In this document: positions 63,746 through 64,000 of the stretch, piece after piece | Position numbering within the stretch: position 1 is the stretch's first letter | Layout: every line of letters begins with the position of its first letter | DNA from: an uncultured Muribaculaceae bacterium | GTDB lineage: Bacteria > Bacillota_I > Bacilli_A > RF39 > UBA660 | Direction of reading: 5' to 3' | DNA length: 64,000 nucleotides | NCBI GenBank assembly: GCA_964408085.1 | Contig: CAYOYB010000001.1 | Span: forward strand, 128,066-192,065 | The notes under the pieces: generated by a model | What the model saw: only the letters and a program-made list of their open reading frames with translations | Databases searched by the model: none | Told to the model about the DNA's origin: nothing | Position numbers and translations under genes: made by a program

Positions 63746-64000
63746 ATGCCTAACTGGGTAAAAACAATTGTAAAAACTAAACCTGAAGTATTAAAAGATG
63801 TAATGAGTAAATATTCTAATGATGGTAAATTTTCCTTTGATAAAGTTATACCAATGCCAAAAGATTTAGATATAGATGCAGGTAGTAGTGGTGAACTAGG
63901 ACTGATGTTTTTATTTTTGGAGAGTAAAGATGATATTTTTAAATTAAAGATTAATAGAGTTTTTCATTCCTTAAATCCTTTTCATAGTGATATATATAGG
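63746..64000 (+). CDS. 5' part of a DUF1281/Api92-like ferredoxin-fold protein (runs off the window end)
   Basis: Not in ORF track. AAAGGAG RBS. MPNWVKTIVKTKPEVL...FSFDKVIPMPKDL resembles the MPNW...IIPMP start of that family as I recall it. Confidence 0.45.
   Translation, partial: MPNWVKTIVKTKPEVLKDVMSKYSNDGKFSFDKVIPMPKDLDIDAGSSGELGLMFLFLESKDDIFKLKINRVFHSLNPFHSDIYR

Larger units (their letters stand above)
16990..64000. mobile_element. integrative conjugative element, left end plus most of body (right end beyond the window)
   Basis: Housekeeping synteny (csp-hpf-secA) stops at 16912. From 17168 on: tyrosine integrase, regulators, toxin pair, cargo, primase, VirD4, VirB4, CHAP hydrolase, methyltransferase. 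Left boundary is approximate. Confidence 0.8.

Noticed and set aside
1-64000. CRISPR arrays, tRNA/rRNA genes, IS elements/transposases, group II introns, alternative genetic code
   Set aside because: No regularly spaced direct repeats, no cloverleaf-like or rRNA-like segments, and no transposase or RT motifs were seen. TGA clearly terminates well-supported genes (e.g. 21789-21791, 35752-35754) and Trp is TGG, so the standard bacterial code applies. This was a by-eye scan, so short or degenerate elements could have been missed.

Overview
Very AT-rich, low-GC Bacillota-type DNA. It uses the standard code (TGA serves as a stop) and most starts have GGAGG-type ribosome-binding sites. The window has two parts.

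(1) Positions 1 to about 16.9 kb are chromosomal backbone. In order: a truncated FAD oxidoreductase, a DUF368 membrane protein, an HTH-metallophosphoesterase, and a zinc-ribbon membrane protein with acidic tandem repeats. Next come a CotY/CotZ-type spore coat protein and a 3xLysM protein, so the host is a spore former. These are followed by a thioredoxin-like lipoprotein, a stand-alone ClpB-D1-like AAA+ ATPase and a P-type Ca2+ ATPase. Then comes a complete agr-type quorum-sensing locus: a LytTR regulator and AgrC-like kinase, convergent with agrB and a 39-codon agrD that the ORF track missed. The backbone ends with a cold-shock protein, hpf and secA.

(2) From about 17.0 kb to the window end (more than 47 kb; right end not in the window) is an integrative conjugative element (ICE) inserted directly downstream of secA.
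- Integration and regulation: a tyrosine integrase, an HTH_36 replication-type protein, HTH regulators, a MazF toxin pair, and an ICE-borne Csp and sigma-like factor.
- Cargo: a membrane-bound XRE regulator with secreted proteins and an alpha-lytic-type protease; an orphan membrane receiver protein; a secreted protein with an atypical ABC-2 cluster; and two giant surface proteins.
- Conjugation: a Gram-positive type IV secretion module (primase, PcfB-like, VirD4, HU, Maff2, VirB6-like, PrgI/TcpE, VirB4, CHAP hydrolase).
- Downstream: a tightly packed block of small genes (acidic-tailed XRE, DUF4314/DUF3846, orphan methyltransferase, unknowns) that looks like a leading-region or anti-defence island.

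I saw no rRNA, tRNA, CRISPR array, transposase or relaxase.

The strongest non-obvious signals are:
- the hidden agrD;
- a six-copy ACTAGT-centred 16-bp operator-like motif, seen at the six ICE promoter sites I identified;
- a duplicated promoter/leader module in front of the T4SS operon and the putative anti-defence operon;
- a promoter-proximal compound terminator upstream of the adhesin operon;
- several cargo clusters of unrecognisable proteins.

All family assignments come from motifs read by eye. No database search was run.
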